Position numbers and translations under genes: made by a program | Notes under the pieces: model-generated | The model's database searches: none | Told to the model about the DNA's origin: nothing | The model's input: the letters and a program-made list of their open reading frames with translations, nothing else | In this document: positions 10,066 through 19,697 of the stretch, piece by piece | How the letters are laid out: each line of letters opens with the position of its first letter | Numbering within the stretch: the first letter of the stretch is position 1 | NCBI GenBank assembly: GCA_965219995.1 | Contig: CBDCOX010000002.1 | Coordinates: 1,408,001 to 1,472,000 of the forward strand | Length of the DNA: 64,000 nucleotides | Reading direction: 5' to 3' | Origin: Candidatus Latescibacterota bacterium | GTDB taxonomy: Bacteria; Latescibacterota; UBA2968; GCA-2709665

Positions 10066-10428
10066 TCAGATCAGAAACGACGCATTCATCACGTACACAG
10101 GGGGCAATGCACGGACGGAAGCCGCGGACGACGCATACCCATCGCGGCGGCGTGAAGATAGAATCTCGTGCGAACCGGTCGATTGAAGTACGGTATGGAC
10201 GTCCGCACCCGAGATTCTCGGACTCGCGGCCGCCAGGGCAGGCGGCAATTGCGCGGGCTCGTTGGTGACGCTGCCGTCGTTCCCGGCGCAGCAGCAGTCA
10301 GACTCCGCCGGCTGGACGTGGCAGGTCTCAGCCTCAACCGGCATCACGCATAGACACTGGACGGCGGCAAGAACGAAGCCGACGGCCAGACATGCGATGG
10401 AAAGGGTGCGAATCACGGCGTGCCTCAC
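10066..10428 (-). CDS. Small Cys-rich secreted/leader protein (DUF2946/CutF/CruR-like candidate)
   Basis: Hydrophobic N-terminus; CLC, CH and CCC clusters; C-terminal RALPP..SFLI; lies between a strong promoter and the metal efflux operon. Confidence 0.65.
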   Translation of the reverse strand: MRHAVIRTLSIACLAVGFVLAAVQCLCVMPVEAETCHVQPAESDCCCAGNDGSVTNEPAQLPPALAAASPRISGADVHTVLQSTGSHEILSSRRRDGYASSAASVRALPPVYVMNASFLI

Positions 10429-10449
10429 ACGAGGGCAGGTTGTGTCGGG

Positions 10450-10478
10450 ATTATGGGTACTTCATATACGTTTGTCAA
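10450..10478 (-). promoter_or_regulatory. Sigma70-type promoter of the metal efflux operon
   Basis: TTGACA-17 bp-CATAAT on the minus strand. Confidence 0.7.
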
Positions 10479-10669
10479 GTCCAGTTGTTCAATAAAAGTG
10501 AATTCCGAATTTGTGCGCCGGCCCGGCGAACACCGTTTCCGGCCCGCCAGGCGCACACATTACCGCCGATTCCTGGTCGTGGCGGAACCCGCGCTACCCG
10601 CGATCGGCGCCGCGTCGGACGACCACCGGGATGAGGATCACGGACCTGCAAAACGGGGCGACTTCCTAT

Positions 10670-11857
10670 CTATGCGACCCGCTGGAACCGTTCCCAGGCT
10701 TCGCCCGCCGCGGCCGCCTGGCGTTCCAACTCGCCGCGCCAGCCTACCACCTCTCCAGCCTTGATCCGCCCGATGTCATAACCGGCGTAACGATCTTCCA
10801 GCGTATCTCCGAGCTTCTGCGTTTCGGCCCATCGGTCCCACGCCGTTTTCATCCATTCATAGGGCAAAGCGTCCCGCACGGCCGAATCGAGCTGCCACGC
10901 GCTTCGCACGTCGGCCACCGCGGGTTCATCCGTAAATGGCCCGGACCACCGGGACCATCCGATGGAAAGCGTGTTCCGTTCCCTGTCCGGGACGGTGTGA
11001 CCCGTGTGGATGTTCGAGCCGATTCGGATGAGGGCTTCACCGGCCCGGAGCCGGACCGCAACCTGATCCGGCAACGGGTCTGTGCCGTTCCAGCTGGGCG
11101 TGTGTGGTACTCCTTTTTCCTTCATGGCTTTCGGGAGGAGCACATCATGCTCGAAGGGCGTGCGCCACCGATCGTGACTGCCGGGTATCAGTTCGTGGCA
11201 CTCGTCGTCGACCAGCGCCAGGAACATGCTTACGCCGTTCCGCTCATCGATCGACCTGGCGTTGTTTTCGCGGATTTCCTTCCAGCGTATCCGCTCGACC
11301 TCCTCCGAATACGCTTCGGGTCCCTCGCCCCGGATCTCGCGCTGCGCGAAGTAGGGTTTTCCGGTTCCCCACCACGTCACGTCCCGGTGCCAGCCGAGGG
11401 CGTGTTCCGCCTTGCGCGGGTTGCACCACAGCAGCAGCCCGCCGTACGTAACCTCCTCGGGCCCGAGCCCGTCGCACCAGGATCCCACGAAGTCCAGAAA
11501 GTCGTTCGAGCCGTGAAATTCCGCGAAACAGGGCTCATTGAACGCGGGATGTACCAGACCGCGAATCGCCCACGGCTCGTTCGCGCCCGTCCGGTGCACG
11601 TAACCCCGGGAACAGTCGATCCTGTCATAGCCGTTTTCCGGTGCGCAGGCTTCGGTAACGCGGCGGCCGGCTTCACGGAGCACGGGAATCCATGGATTGC
11701 CCACAAAGTCGTTGATAATGACGAAGCCGTGCTCCTTCAGATGGGCCAGCCGCTCGGGCGTGGCCCCCGGGGAGGACAGTTCCGGCTTTGCGTCTGCGAA
11801 GGCGGGCGCCCTGTAGGCGGATTCCGCGCCCGCAGCCGATGCGTTGTCGGTTCTCAT
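10670..11857 (-). CDS. Phytanoyl-CoA dioxygenase (PhyH) family protein
   Basis: GWHRD (HxD), LIPGSH, distal IHTG; start at ATG 11857 with GAGGAG SD. Confidence 0.82.
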   Translation of the reverse strand: MRTDNASAAGAESAYRAPAFADAKPELSSPGATPERLAHLKEHGFVIINDFVGNPWIPVLREAGRRVTEACAPENGYDRIDCSRGYVHRTGANEPWAIRGLVHPAFNEPCFAEFHGSNDFLDFVGSWCDGLGPEEVTYGGLLLWCNPRKAEHALGWHRDVTWWGTGKPYFAQREIRGEGPEAYSEEVERIRWKEIRENNARSIDERNGVSMFLALVDDECHELIPGSHDRWRTPFEHDVLLPKAMKEKGVPHTPSWNGTDPLPDQVAVRLRAGEALIRIGSNIHTGHTVPDRERNTLSIGWSRWSGPFTDEPAVADVRSAWQLDSAVRDALPYEWMKTAWDRWAETQKLGDTLEDRYAGYDIGRIKAGEVVGWRGELERQAAAAGEAWERFQRVA

Positions 11858-12195
11858 GTCAACTCCTCTCAATCTGGATCAGGATTCACAGGATTCATTC
11901 GCCAATGGTCAATCTCAATATACGGTAAATCCCTTCAGTAGCTTTGTCAATAGCAATATCAAAGGAACCGTTGCGGCACGGCGCCGCAACACTGCATTCG
12001 CAATCCGGTCGACGAAATACAAAATCCTCGCCCATCATGTGAATTGTCCGTATATTTGAACTTTGGCATCGCGCCATTCTGCAAACACAACGCCTTCCAT
12101 CCTCACCCTCGCCTGGTTGCGTGTCCGGCCGGGAACGTCTTCAGCCCAATTGACGAACCAGGCGTTCGGGGTGCCTTTTGATCGAGGAAACAGGT

Positions 12196-14118
12196 GTGAA
12201 TCGGATCGCTTCAGCGTGCTGTATCGCCTGGCTGGTCTTTGTTGCTCATCCCGTACCCGCACAATCTCCCATTTCCCGGACCGGCCGTGCGGAAGCCGAA
12301 GCCCGGTTTGAAAAAGCGCTTCACGACTACACCGACGGCCGCTATCGCGCGGCGAAACGGGCGTTCCAGGCGTTGGCCGTGGACGACCCCGCGAGCCCGC
12401 GTGCGTCTGCCGCCCGGCTGATGCTGGCCAGATCGCAGTACAAACTCAAAGAGTACAACCTGGCGGTGGCTACGGCGGCAGGACTCCGCGAGACCTTCCC
12501 GAGCAGCAGGTATCTCCCGGACACCGACCTCGTCGTTGGCGACTGCAAGTTCAAGCTGGGACAGGTCTACACGGCAGCGACCCGGTACGCGCGCGTGGTG
12601 TCGGGACGGGGCGACATGCGTTTGAAGGCCAGGGCGGCAGATCGACTGGGGCAACTTGCGGGAACCGGTAAACTCACCGATGACGACGTCGACCGTCTGC
12701 AGAGCGACTTCGGAACCGGCGTCATCGCGGAGGCCGTCGCATTCGGCCGGGCCCGCTGGCCGTCGAGACTCGCCGGGGTCGAACCGTCCGGTCAGGCCAT
12801 GACCGGTTTTCTGGCCCGGTATCCCAACGGTATTTTTGAGGCGCTGGTACGTGAGGATACTGCGGCGCCGGGGCGCCCTGCGCCGGCCCGGTCCGGCGAA
12901 AAGCGGACGCCTGAAGAAGGCGTCGCGGAAACGCCCGACGATGCGCGATACACAATTGGCGTGATCGCGCCGCTGGCGAGCCCCCCGGGAAAGGATATGG
13001 TCGACGGGGTCCTGCTTGCCAGAGAGCTGCATCAGCTCAAGACCGGAGAGCAGGTCGCGCTGGTTTTCAAAGACTCGGAGGGCAGCCCGGTACGCACGAT
13101 CAAGGCCGCTCAGAATCTTATCGAAGAGCACGGTGTCATTGCAATTATCGGCGCCCTGACAAGCGCTGAAACCCTTCCGATCGCCGCGCTGGCCGGACCC
13201 TACGAAGTCCCGCTGATTGCGCCGACCGCATCGGAAGACGGACTTGCGACCCTGAATCCCTATGTCTTTCAGGTCAACGCCACGCCGGGCGCCCAGGGCC
13301 GCCGTATTGCCGACTTCGCGGTCCGGGAATCAGGACTGCGCACGCTGGCGACGCTCGCGTCCCGGGACTCCTACGGGGAACGAATCGTGAAAGAGTTCAC
13401 GGCCCGTGCCGAGGAATCGGGTTCGGACGTCATCGTTCAGACGTGGTACGAACCCGGCACTACCGACTACAAGGGCCAGCTGGAACGAATCAGAGACGCC
13501 GGCCTGGCGCTGCACCCGCCCGCAATCCTGGCCGCTGAAGCAGAATCACTGCTTCTGGGGGGCATCCGCCTGGCGCCGCCGCCGCCGGTTGTCGTCGATC
13601 CCGACACGGTGCAGCCGGTGCCGGTGCGGACGCTGGAAGGCCTGCTGATCGCCGGTGGAAAGGACGACGTCCTGCTGATCGCGCCCCAGATTGCCTTTCA
13701 CCGCATCCATTCGCGCCTGCTGGGCAGCGACGGCTGGAATCACCACGAAGTCGCGAGAGATTCCTATACGGACAGCGCGGTCTTTGTGGCCAAGTACTCC
13801 ACGCGCAGCGATCAGGTGTCCGTACACGAGTTCCTGGGCGCATTCAGGGAACGGTTCAACCGGGACCAGGGCATTGCTGCAGCGCTGGGATACGACGCGA
13901 TGACAGCCGTGTTGACGGCCATCGACCGGGGCGGCACGTCTCCGCGGCGGCTTCAGAACGCGCTCGAGAATCTCGGCGAGATACCCGGCGCCACCGGGAA
14001 AATATCCTTCAGCAGGGGCAATCGTGAGAACGCCTGGATGTATCTGCTGACCATCCGCAAGCGAAAGATTCAGCTTCTCTCCATCGGCCGCTCGGACAAG
14101 ACCGTGTCCGAGCCCTGA
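12196..14118 (+). CDS. TPR-repeat plus periplasmic binding protein type 1 (LpoA/LivK-like) envelope protein
   Basis: Signal peptide, BamD/YbgF-like TPR helices, then IGVIAPL..AIIGAL..GSDGW..ALGYDA..GATGKISF; GTG start after GAGGA. Confidence 0.78.
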   Translation: MNRIASACCIAWLVFVAHPVPAQSPISRTGRAEAEARFEKALHDYTDGRYRAAKRAFQALAVDDPASPRASAARLMLARSQYKLKEYNLAVATAAGLRETFPSSRYLPDTDLVVGDCKFKLGQVYTAATRYARVVSGRGDMRLKARAADRLGQLAGTGKLTDDDVDRLQSDFGTGVIAEAVAFGRARWPSRLAGVEPSGQAMTGFLARYPNGIFEALVREDTAAPGRPAPARSGEKRTPEEGVAETPDDARYTIGVIAPLASPPGKDMVDGVLLARELHQLKTGEQVALVFKDSEGSPVRTIKAAQNLIEEHGVIAIIGALTSAETLPIAALAGPYEVPLIAPTASEDGLATLNPYVFQVNATPGAQGRRIADFAVRESGLRTLATLASRDSYGERIVKEFTARAEESGSDVIVQTWYEPGTTDYKGQLERIRDAGLALHPPAILAAEAESLLLGGIRLAPPPPVVVDPDTVQPVPVRTLEGLLIAGGKDDVLLIAPQIAFHRIHSRLLGSDGWNHHEVARDSYTDSAVFVAKYSTRSDQVSVHEFLGAFRERFNRDQGIAAALGYDAMTAVLTAIDRGGTSPRRLQNALENLGEIPGATGKISFSRGNRENAWMYLLTIRKRKIQLLSIGRSDKTVSEP

Positions 14119-14262
14119 TCGCCGCCACCCGAAGAATTCCTCTGCGCAACACAACTGGCTCCCCCCTGGCATTTCTATTGCAATGGATACGGCAAGCGAC
14201 CGCCGGACGCATCGTCGGCCGCGGATAAATCGCCTGCTGCCAATGATCCATGCGCAAGAGTC

Positions 14263-16095
14263 ATGCCAGGGGGGAAGTTCGTGATGCGCGATTTCTTTCA
14301 ATTCCGCCGGTCCGGAACGAAACTGACGTTCATCACACTGGCCGCCTGCGTTCTGAACGGTGGCGCGCCATGTGCACAGGAGTCCCTCAGTCCCGAATCC
14401 GCGGAAGCGTACCTGACCGCCTTGCGGGACCTGGAAGGCCGGGTCATCGACGTCAACAAGGCCAACGGGGAGGATCTGACGGCACTGCCCTGGATCTCGC
14501 CGGAGGTGGCGCGTGGGGTGGTCGCCCATCGAAACCGGTTCGGTCCCTTTCGCCGCCTCGACGATCTTCTCAAGGTACCCGGCGTCACATCAGAGATCCT
14601 TGCGGCCGTCCGGCCCTACCTTTCGATATCTTCCCGGCGCGGTCCCCGCGTCCGGACGTCCCTCCGTTTCACACGCCCGTCGAACCGTGCCACCGCCTGG
14701 CCCAATCTGAGGATCTACCAGCGGACCGTGATCGCGGCGCGGCACGTGGAAGGAGTTCTGCTCACGGAGCGCGACCCCCTGGAGCGACGGCTCGCGGACT
14801 TTCTCACCGGGTACGTGCGTGTCGCCGCCGTACCGGGCGTACAGCGGCTGCTCGTCGGCGCCTTCCGGCCCGGATACGGGCAGGGGCTCCTTTTCAGCAG
14901 ACACAACCGATCGGCGACCGGCCTCGAGTGGGCCCGGCCGGTCAGCACGAGAAGCGTGGGATATCGCTCCTCGGTCGAAGACGGCGCGCTCCGGGGCGTG
15001 TTCGCGGAGGGCCGGGCGGGCAGGGTTACGTGGGCAGCCATGGGTACCCGGAACCGGTGGGATGCCGCCATCGACAGCGCGGGGGTTGCAACAATCCGTA
15101 CGGCGGACCTGCACGTCACGCAAACCGAGCGAGAACGCAGGGGCAGATTGCGGGAGGACCTTGCGGCCCTTCGCTCCCACGTCGAACTGCCGTTCGGCAG
15201 GATCGGCGCCACCCTCGTGCGGACCACGTTCTCACCCTCGCTTCAGCAGGTTCGACGCAGGCTTTCCGCGGGTATGGACTGGAGCCTGCACGGGAGCGGT
15301 CTGGACGTTTTCGGCGAGATCGCGGCTTCGGAAAGAAACGCCGTCGCCTGGCTGACCGGCGCACGCGCGGACTTCGACCGCCTCCGGCTGGTCATCCTCG
15401 CCCGCAGGTACCCGGCCGGATTCTCAAGCTTGCGCGGCCGCCCGTTCTCGGCGTACAGCGGCAGAAACGAGTGGGGTCTGTTCACCGGCGCCGTGTGGCG
15501 GCCGGGGCGGCGTACGCGGCTCCAGGCCACGCTGGACCGGCACGGCCGTGTCGCGCCCGAGGGCAGATACGCGCTGCCGGAACGGGGCGAGCGATTTTCG
15601 TTCGATCTGAGGCGTCGCCTGAAATACGCGACCCTTCGGATTACGATGGGCACTCGTCGTCAGACCGTGGCGACGTCAGGCATTACGGGCGTGCGGGTCC
15701 GGAGACGCGCCCGCCTTCGCGTCACGATCCCGCGGTCACCCGCACGCCTCAATCTCTGGCTGGAAGGCGCGGGCGCCCGGTCTCCGATCCGCGAGAGCGA
15801 CGGACGGGCGGCGGGCATGGACCTCCGGATCCAGCGCGGGACCCGACTCCGGGCCGACGCATGGCTGGCTCTGTTCGACGTGACCCACTTCGACTCCCGC
15901 ATCTATACCTTTGAGCCCGACGTATGGGGAGGCAGCCGCATGCAACTCCTGTCGGGCAGAGGCCGATCGGCCGGAATCCGGCTCACCTTCGCCGGATCGC
16001 GTGTTCGCGTTTCCGTACGCTACGCCGTTAAGGACACCCGCGACGGGGCTTCGAACACCTGGGCATCGCAGATCGAATTCGGAACCGGGAAATAA
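14263..16095 (+). CDS. Helix-hairpin-helix (ComEA-like) domain protein with a predicted outer-membrane beta-barrel
   Basis: IDVNKANGEDLTALPWIS..GPFRRLDDLLKVPGV HhH pair, followed by alternating beta-strand pattern and YDSRIYxYE-like FDSRIYTFE; alternative start 14284. Confidence 0.75.
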   Translation: MPGGKFVMRDFFQFRRSGTKLTFITLAACVLNGGAPCAQESLSPESAEAYLTALRDLEGRVIDVNKANGEDLTALPWISPEVARGVVAHRNRFGPFRRLDDLLKVPGVTSEILAAVRPYLSISSRRGPRVRTSLRFTRPSNRATAWPNLRIYQRTVIAARHVEGVLLTERDPLERRLADFLTGYVRVAAVPGVQRLLVGAFRPGYGQGLLFSRHNRSATGLEWARPVSTRSVGYRSSVEDGALRGVFAEGRAGRVTWAAMGTRNRWDAAIDSAGVATIRTADLHVTQTERERRGRLREDLAALRSHVELPFGRIGATLVRTTFSPSLQQVRRRLSAGMDWSLHGSGLDVFGEIAASERNAVAWLTGARADFDRLRLVILARRYPAGFSSLRGRPFSAYSGRNEWGLFTGAVWRPGRRTRLQATLDRHGRVAPEGRYALPERGERFSFDLRRRLKYATLRITMGTRRQTVATSGITGVRVRRRARLRVTIPRSPARLNLWLEGAGARSPIRESDGRAAGMDLRIQRGTRLRADAWLALFDVTHFDSRIYTFEPDVWGGSRMQLLSGRGRSAGIRLTFAGSRVRVSVRYAVKDTRDGASNTWASQIEFGTGK

Positions 16096-16277
16096 GCCGG
16101 TTAGACGCTTTCCCGGTCGGAACACGTGCGGCATTTTTTCCTTTATCTGGTCCTGTCAATTAGGTATTATGCCCACACAGCGGTCGAGACGGGCATGCAG
16201 AATCTGGATCCAATTGCCGGCAGCGACATTTGTCCGTCCGCCGGCATTTTCTTTTCCTTCGAAACGGTCAGCGGGAC

Positions 16278-17318
16278 ATGATGGCGAAGAATCGAAACCA
16301 ATCCTGGATGTTCGGGGTCGTGCTGTGGGGGGTCTTGCTGACCGGATGCGGTCCCCGACTGCCCGAGTCTGTAGGACCCGCGCAGGAGATCCTGGTCCTG
16401 ATCGATCCGGCCGACCGGCAGGGTCTGGAACCGCACCTGAAAGAGATATTCGAAAGAATACTCTATACGCCTCAGGAAGAGAAGATATTCCGGCTGCAGT
16501 TCGAAGACGTGGCCAATATCGACAGGTTCGAGAACAAGAGGCGCAAGAACATCCTGGTTATCGCCGAACTGGACGCTCCCCACGCCACCGCGTCCTTCCT
16601 GAGAAGCATCCTGAGCCCGGACGTCCAGGACGCCGTGCGGGGGAACCGGTCCGCCGTTTTCTGGAAAGAGGACGTATGGGCGAAAGAGCAGTTGCTGATC
16701 GCGGTGTCGGGCGCGGACAACGCCGCACTGGTGGACAACCTCAGGATGGAAGCGGACCGGCTCTACGAGCGGATCGAAGCCGCGCGAAACGAACGGATTC
16801 GACGGTTGATCTATCGATACGGCGAACGGAAGGACGTCACCGGGCGCCTTGGGCGGGAATTCGGCTGGCAGGTGCGCGTGGCCTTCGGATACCGCATCCT
16901 GGAGGCCGATCCCGACAGCGGATTCGTGGTATTGACCAAAGAGGAACCCAACCGGTGGCTGTTCGTCTACTGGGAGGACGGTATTTCCCCCGACGACCTC
17001 TCGGAAGAGTGGTGCATCCAAAAACGGGACGACATTACGCGGAGGTTTTTCGATCAGGACCGGATCGTGGACGATCACCTGCAGATCGGCCAGGCCGAGT
17101 TCGGGGGAAGACTGGCGTTCGTTCTGCAAGGCCTGTGGGAAAACAAAAGAAAATGGGCCGGGGGCCCATTCAAGAGTTACGCGTTCGTGGACGTGGAAAC
17201 CAACCGGTTTTTCTACATCGACTGCGGGGTATATTCACCAAACAAGCGGAAGGAACCCTATCTTCGCCAGATCGACCTTATGGCAAGGACCTTCAAACAG
17301 GTGGAATCTACACCCTGA
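16278..17318 (+). CDS. DUF4837-like lipoprotein
   Basis: Lipobox LTGC; PQEE..F, DVWAKEQL, GLWE..GGPFKSY, YSP..KEPYLRQ motifs. Confidence 0.75.
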   Translation: MMAKNRNQSWMFGVVLWGVLLTGCGPRLPESVGPAQEILVLIDPADRQGLEPHLKEIFERILYTPQEEKIFRLQFEDVANIDRFENKRRKNILVIAELDAPHATASFLRSILSPDVQDAVRGNRSAVFWKEDVWAKEQLLIAVSGADNAALVDNLRMEADRLYERIEAARNERIRRLIYRYGERKDVTGRLGREFGWQVRVAFGYRILEADPDSGFVVLTKEEPNRWLFVYWEDGISPDDLSEEWCIQKRDDITRRFFDQDRIVDDHLQIGQAEFGGRLAFVLQGLWENKRKWAGGPFKSYAFVDVETNRFFYIDCGVYSPNKRKEPYLRQIDLMARTFKQVESTP

Positions 17319-17321
17319 ACC

Positions 17322-17350
17322 TTGCGTTTCGTTCGCGAAGAGGGTATAAT
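17322..17350 (+). promoter_or_regulatory. Sigma70-type promoter
   Basis: TTGCGT-17 bp-TATAAT upstream of the DUF502 gene. Confidence 0.6.
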
Positions 17351-17404
17351 TCGGATTGTTAATCGTCCGATGAAACAGCACGACGCCAGCGGAGCGGAGG
17401 ATCG

Positions 17405-18115
17405 ATGGGCCGGCAGAATCGATTTTCGGGTCTGGGAAAACGCGCACGGATGAGCTTTCGCGGTACGCTTATTACCGGGGTCGCGCTACTGGTGCCGGTC
17501 GTGGTCACGTTTATCGTCCTTCAGATCACCTTCCAGTGGATCGACGACCTTGCCCAGCCGCTCGTGAAGCGCATTTTCCAGACCGAAGACGATGTCTTCG
17601 GGTTGGGGTTGGCCCTGACGCTCATCCTGATCTGGCTGGCCGGCCTGCTGGCCGGCAACGTGTTCGGAAAACGCCTCATCGGCAAAGGAAACGATCTGAT
17701 TAAGCGGCTTCCCGTCATCGGCAGCATCTACGGTCCGGTAAGACAGTTTATGGAATCGGTCGTCTCACCGGATGAGGGCCGGGGTTTCAATCGGGTCGTA
17801 CTCGCTGAATATCCTTCCGACGGGCTCTGGATTCTGGGTTTCGCGACAGGGGATATCCCAATGGACGACGAGGGCAGGGTCGGCTGTTGCGTATTTATTC
17901 CGACGTCACCCAATCCCGCCACCGGCTGGACGGTGGTGTTTCCGCCCGAGAAGGTGCGGAAGGTCTCCCTCACCGTGGAAGAGGCAATGCAGATGATCGT
18001 CTCTGCCGGTGTCGTCATTCCGAACGCGCTGAAATCCTCGCCATCAGATACTCCGCCGGGTCCCCTTGCGAACCTCCGGCCGGTTGCGGACCCATCCCAC
18101 GGGGAACGTACGTAG
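17405..18115 (+). CDS. DUF502 family membrane protein
   Basis: LPVIGSIY, VLAEYP, VFIPTSPNPATGW, VEEAMQMIVSAG. Confidence 0.9.
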   Translation: MGRQNRFSGLGKRARMSFRGTLITGVALLVPVVVTFIVLQITFQWIDDLAQPLVKRIFQTEDDVFGLGLALTLILIWLAGLLAGNVFGKRLIGKGNDLIKRLPVIGSIYGPVRQFMESVVSPDEGRGFNRVVLAEYPSDGLWILGFATGDIPMDDEGRVGCCVFIPTSPNPATGWTVVFPPEKVRKVSLTVEEAMQMIVSAGVVIPNALKSSPSDTPPGPLANLRPVADPSHGERT

Positions 18116-18145
18116 ATACCCGGCGCCCGGATCCCCACGGGTTCG

Positions 18146-18550
18146 TCAGGTCTCGAAATCGTCCACGTCCTCGAATTCTTCCAGCTCGTCGACGCCTTCC
18201 CGGATCAGCGCCAGTATGGAGTTATGCGGAATAATCAGGTATTTCTCACCTTCGAACTTGATCTCCATCGCCACTTTTTTCATGAAAAGGGCATAGTCGC
18301 CAACCTGGGCCTGCATGGGAAGGTACTTCGGTTCGTCGGGTACGCTCCGCCATGGCTCGTCGTCGACGTCGTGGGGCTGCGGCAGCGGCATCCCCGGGCC
18401 CGTCAGCATGATCCGGCCGCCCTGGACCTCTTCCTTTTCTATCACCGTCTGCGGCAGGTAGAGTCCCACCTCGGTACGTTCCTGGAGTTCCTCCTGCTTA
18501 ACCAGGACCCGATCCCCCACAATAATCAGTTCCTTGTTTCCTATCTTCAT
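18146..18550 (-). CDS. Stand-alone co-chaperone GroES family protein
   Basis: VGDRVLVK..TEVGLYLP..GPG..VGDYALF..YLII; start moved to ATG 18550 (the longer ORF runs through tRNA-Leu). Confidence 0.85.
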   Translation of the reverse strand: MKIGNKELIIVGDRVLVKQEELQERTEVGLYLPQTVIEKEEVQGGRIMLTGPGMPLPQPHDVDDEPWRSVPDEPKYLPMQAQVGDYALFMKKVAMEIKFEGEKYLIIPHNSILALIREGVDELEEFEDVDDFET

Positions 18551-18583
18551 TGGACAGTCCTCTTGGATTCGGTCTTGAATGAG

Positions 18584-18669
18584 TGCCGGAGGCCGGACTC
18601 GAACCGGCACGGGCTGATCGGCCCGGGGGATTTTAAGTCCCCTATGTCTACCAATTCCATCACTCCGGC
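18584..18669 (-). tRNA. tRNA-Leu (anticodon TAA)
   Basis: GCCGGAG acceptor stem, GGAATTGGTAGAC D arm, anticodon loop CTTAAAA, long variable arm, GGTTCGAGTCC T arm; CCA not encoded. Confidence 0.95.
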
Positions 18670-18679
18670 ACCGGATTCG

Positions 18680-18708
18680 AAAATAGCGAACCGCCCGAAT
18701 ATTGTCAA
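18680..18708 (-). promoter_or_regulatory. Promoter of tRNA-Leu and the GroES-like gene
   Basis: TTGACA-17 bp-TATTTT ending 10 bp upstream of the tRNA. Confidence 0.65.
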
Positions 18709-18787
18709 GCGGGATCAACCGTTTATCCTACTTCCCAAAAAAACAACGACTAATCTCTAGCAGACAGTCGTGTCGCCACCATTCTAA

Positions 18788-18862
18788 TGGAGGCGGCGGG
18801 CGGATTCGAACCGCCGAATAGGGGCTTTGCAGGCCCTTGCCTTACCACTTGGCCACGCCGCC
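18788..18862 (-). tRNA. tRNA-Cys (anticodon GCA)
   Basis: GGCGGCGTGGCCAAGTGGTAAGGC..CTGCAAA..GGTTCGAATCC..CGCCGCCTCCA with encoded CCA. Confidence 0.96.
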
Positions 18863-18877
18863 TCGCGTTATGATCTG

Positions 18878-18906
18878 AAAATACAATACCTGCCAGCGGT
18901 TGTCAA
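18878..18906 (-). promoter_or_regulatory. Promoter of tRNA-Cys
   Basis: TTGACA-17 bp-TATTTT. Confidence 0.65.
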
Positions 18907-18941
18907 GCCCCGCGCACTGGATTGCGGGATTTCAGGTCCGG

Positions 18942-19586
18942 TCAACGGCTTGCCCACAGCATCCCCCGCCTCTGTATTTCCCTCGCCTCCGGCACGTCGA
19001 AGTCCCGGGCAACGTGTCCCAGCGACGAGTAGAACACCCGTCCCTCGCCCCACATCCGCTTCCAGACGACCGGCATGACGCACCCGTTCACCCAGGGCGC
19101 CACGGTCGTCTGAAACGTCGTCGTCGCCAGCACGTGGTTGGACGGATCCACGTGCATGTAATATTGCTCCGAATGCATCCTGAAGTCCTGAATGCCGCGG
19201 GTGACCGGATCTTCGTGTTCCACAACGTTCACTTCGTAGTCGATAACCCCTCCGGGATGCGCCACCCACTGACCGCCAACCATGAACTGGTATTCGGTAT
19301 TCTCCCGGAACGCGTCGGCCATTCCTCCGTGCCAGCCGGCAATGCCCACGCCGCTCCTCACGGCTTCCAACAGACCCTTCTCCTGCTCCCGTTCGATGGC
19401 GCCCATCGTCCAGATGGGCACGACGAGACTCAGTTCGGACATCCGATCGGCATCCAGATACGCGTCCATCGACTCCGATAGCGTCACGTCGAAGCCTTCG
19501 TTGGCGAGGATTGGCGCGAAGATATCCACGCATTTTCCGGGCTCGTGCCCCTCCCAGCCGCCATAAACTATCAACGCTTTCTTCAT
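18942..19586 (-). CDS. ThuA-like domain protein (class I GATase-like fold)
   Basis: [47 protein letters not shown]. Confidence 0.88.
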   Translation of the reverse strand: MKKALIVYGGWEGHEPGKCVDIFAPILANEGFDVTLSESMDAYLDADRMSELSLVVPIWTMGAIEREQEKGLLEAVRSGVGIAGWHGGMADAFRENTEYQFMVGGQWVAHPGGVIDYEVNVVEHEDPVTRGIQDFRMHSEQYYMHVDPSNHVLATTTFQTTVAPWVNGCVMPVVWKRMWGEGRVFYSSLGHVARDFDVPEAREIQRRGMLWASR

Positions 19587-19697
19587 CGTACGCCTCTCGT
19601 TGAAGCTTTGTTGTCAATCGTGCACGAATCTTCCGGACGAATGGCTGAGCGGGCACGGCCGCCGGGTCGTCGATCTGCTCCGTGTCAGATCGTCCGA

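Noticed and set aside
14250-15914. Long same-strand alternative-frame ORFs (also 8758..9996, 15911..17362, 23308..25470, 30586..31677)
   Set aside because: Arg/Pro/Gly-rich off-frame translations of well-supported genes; no sign of programmed frameshifting or real overprinting
18551-18718. N-terminal extension of the GroES-like ORF
   Set aside because: Runs through the tRNA-Leu gene; the real start is ATG 18550
18584-18862. tRNAs as possible island integration sites
   Set aside because: No integrase and no duplicated tRNA 3' end seen in the window
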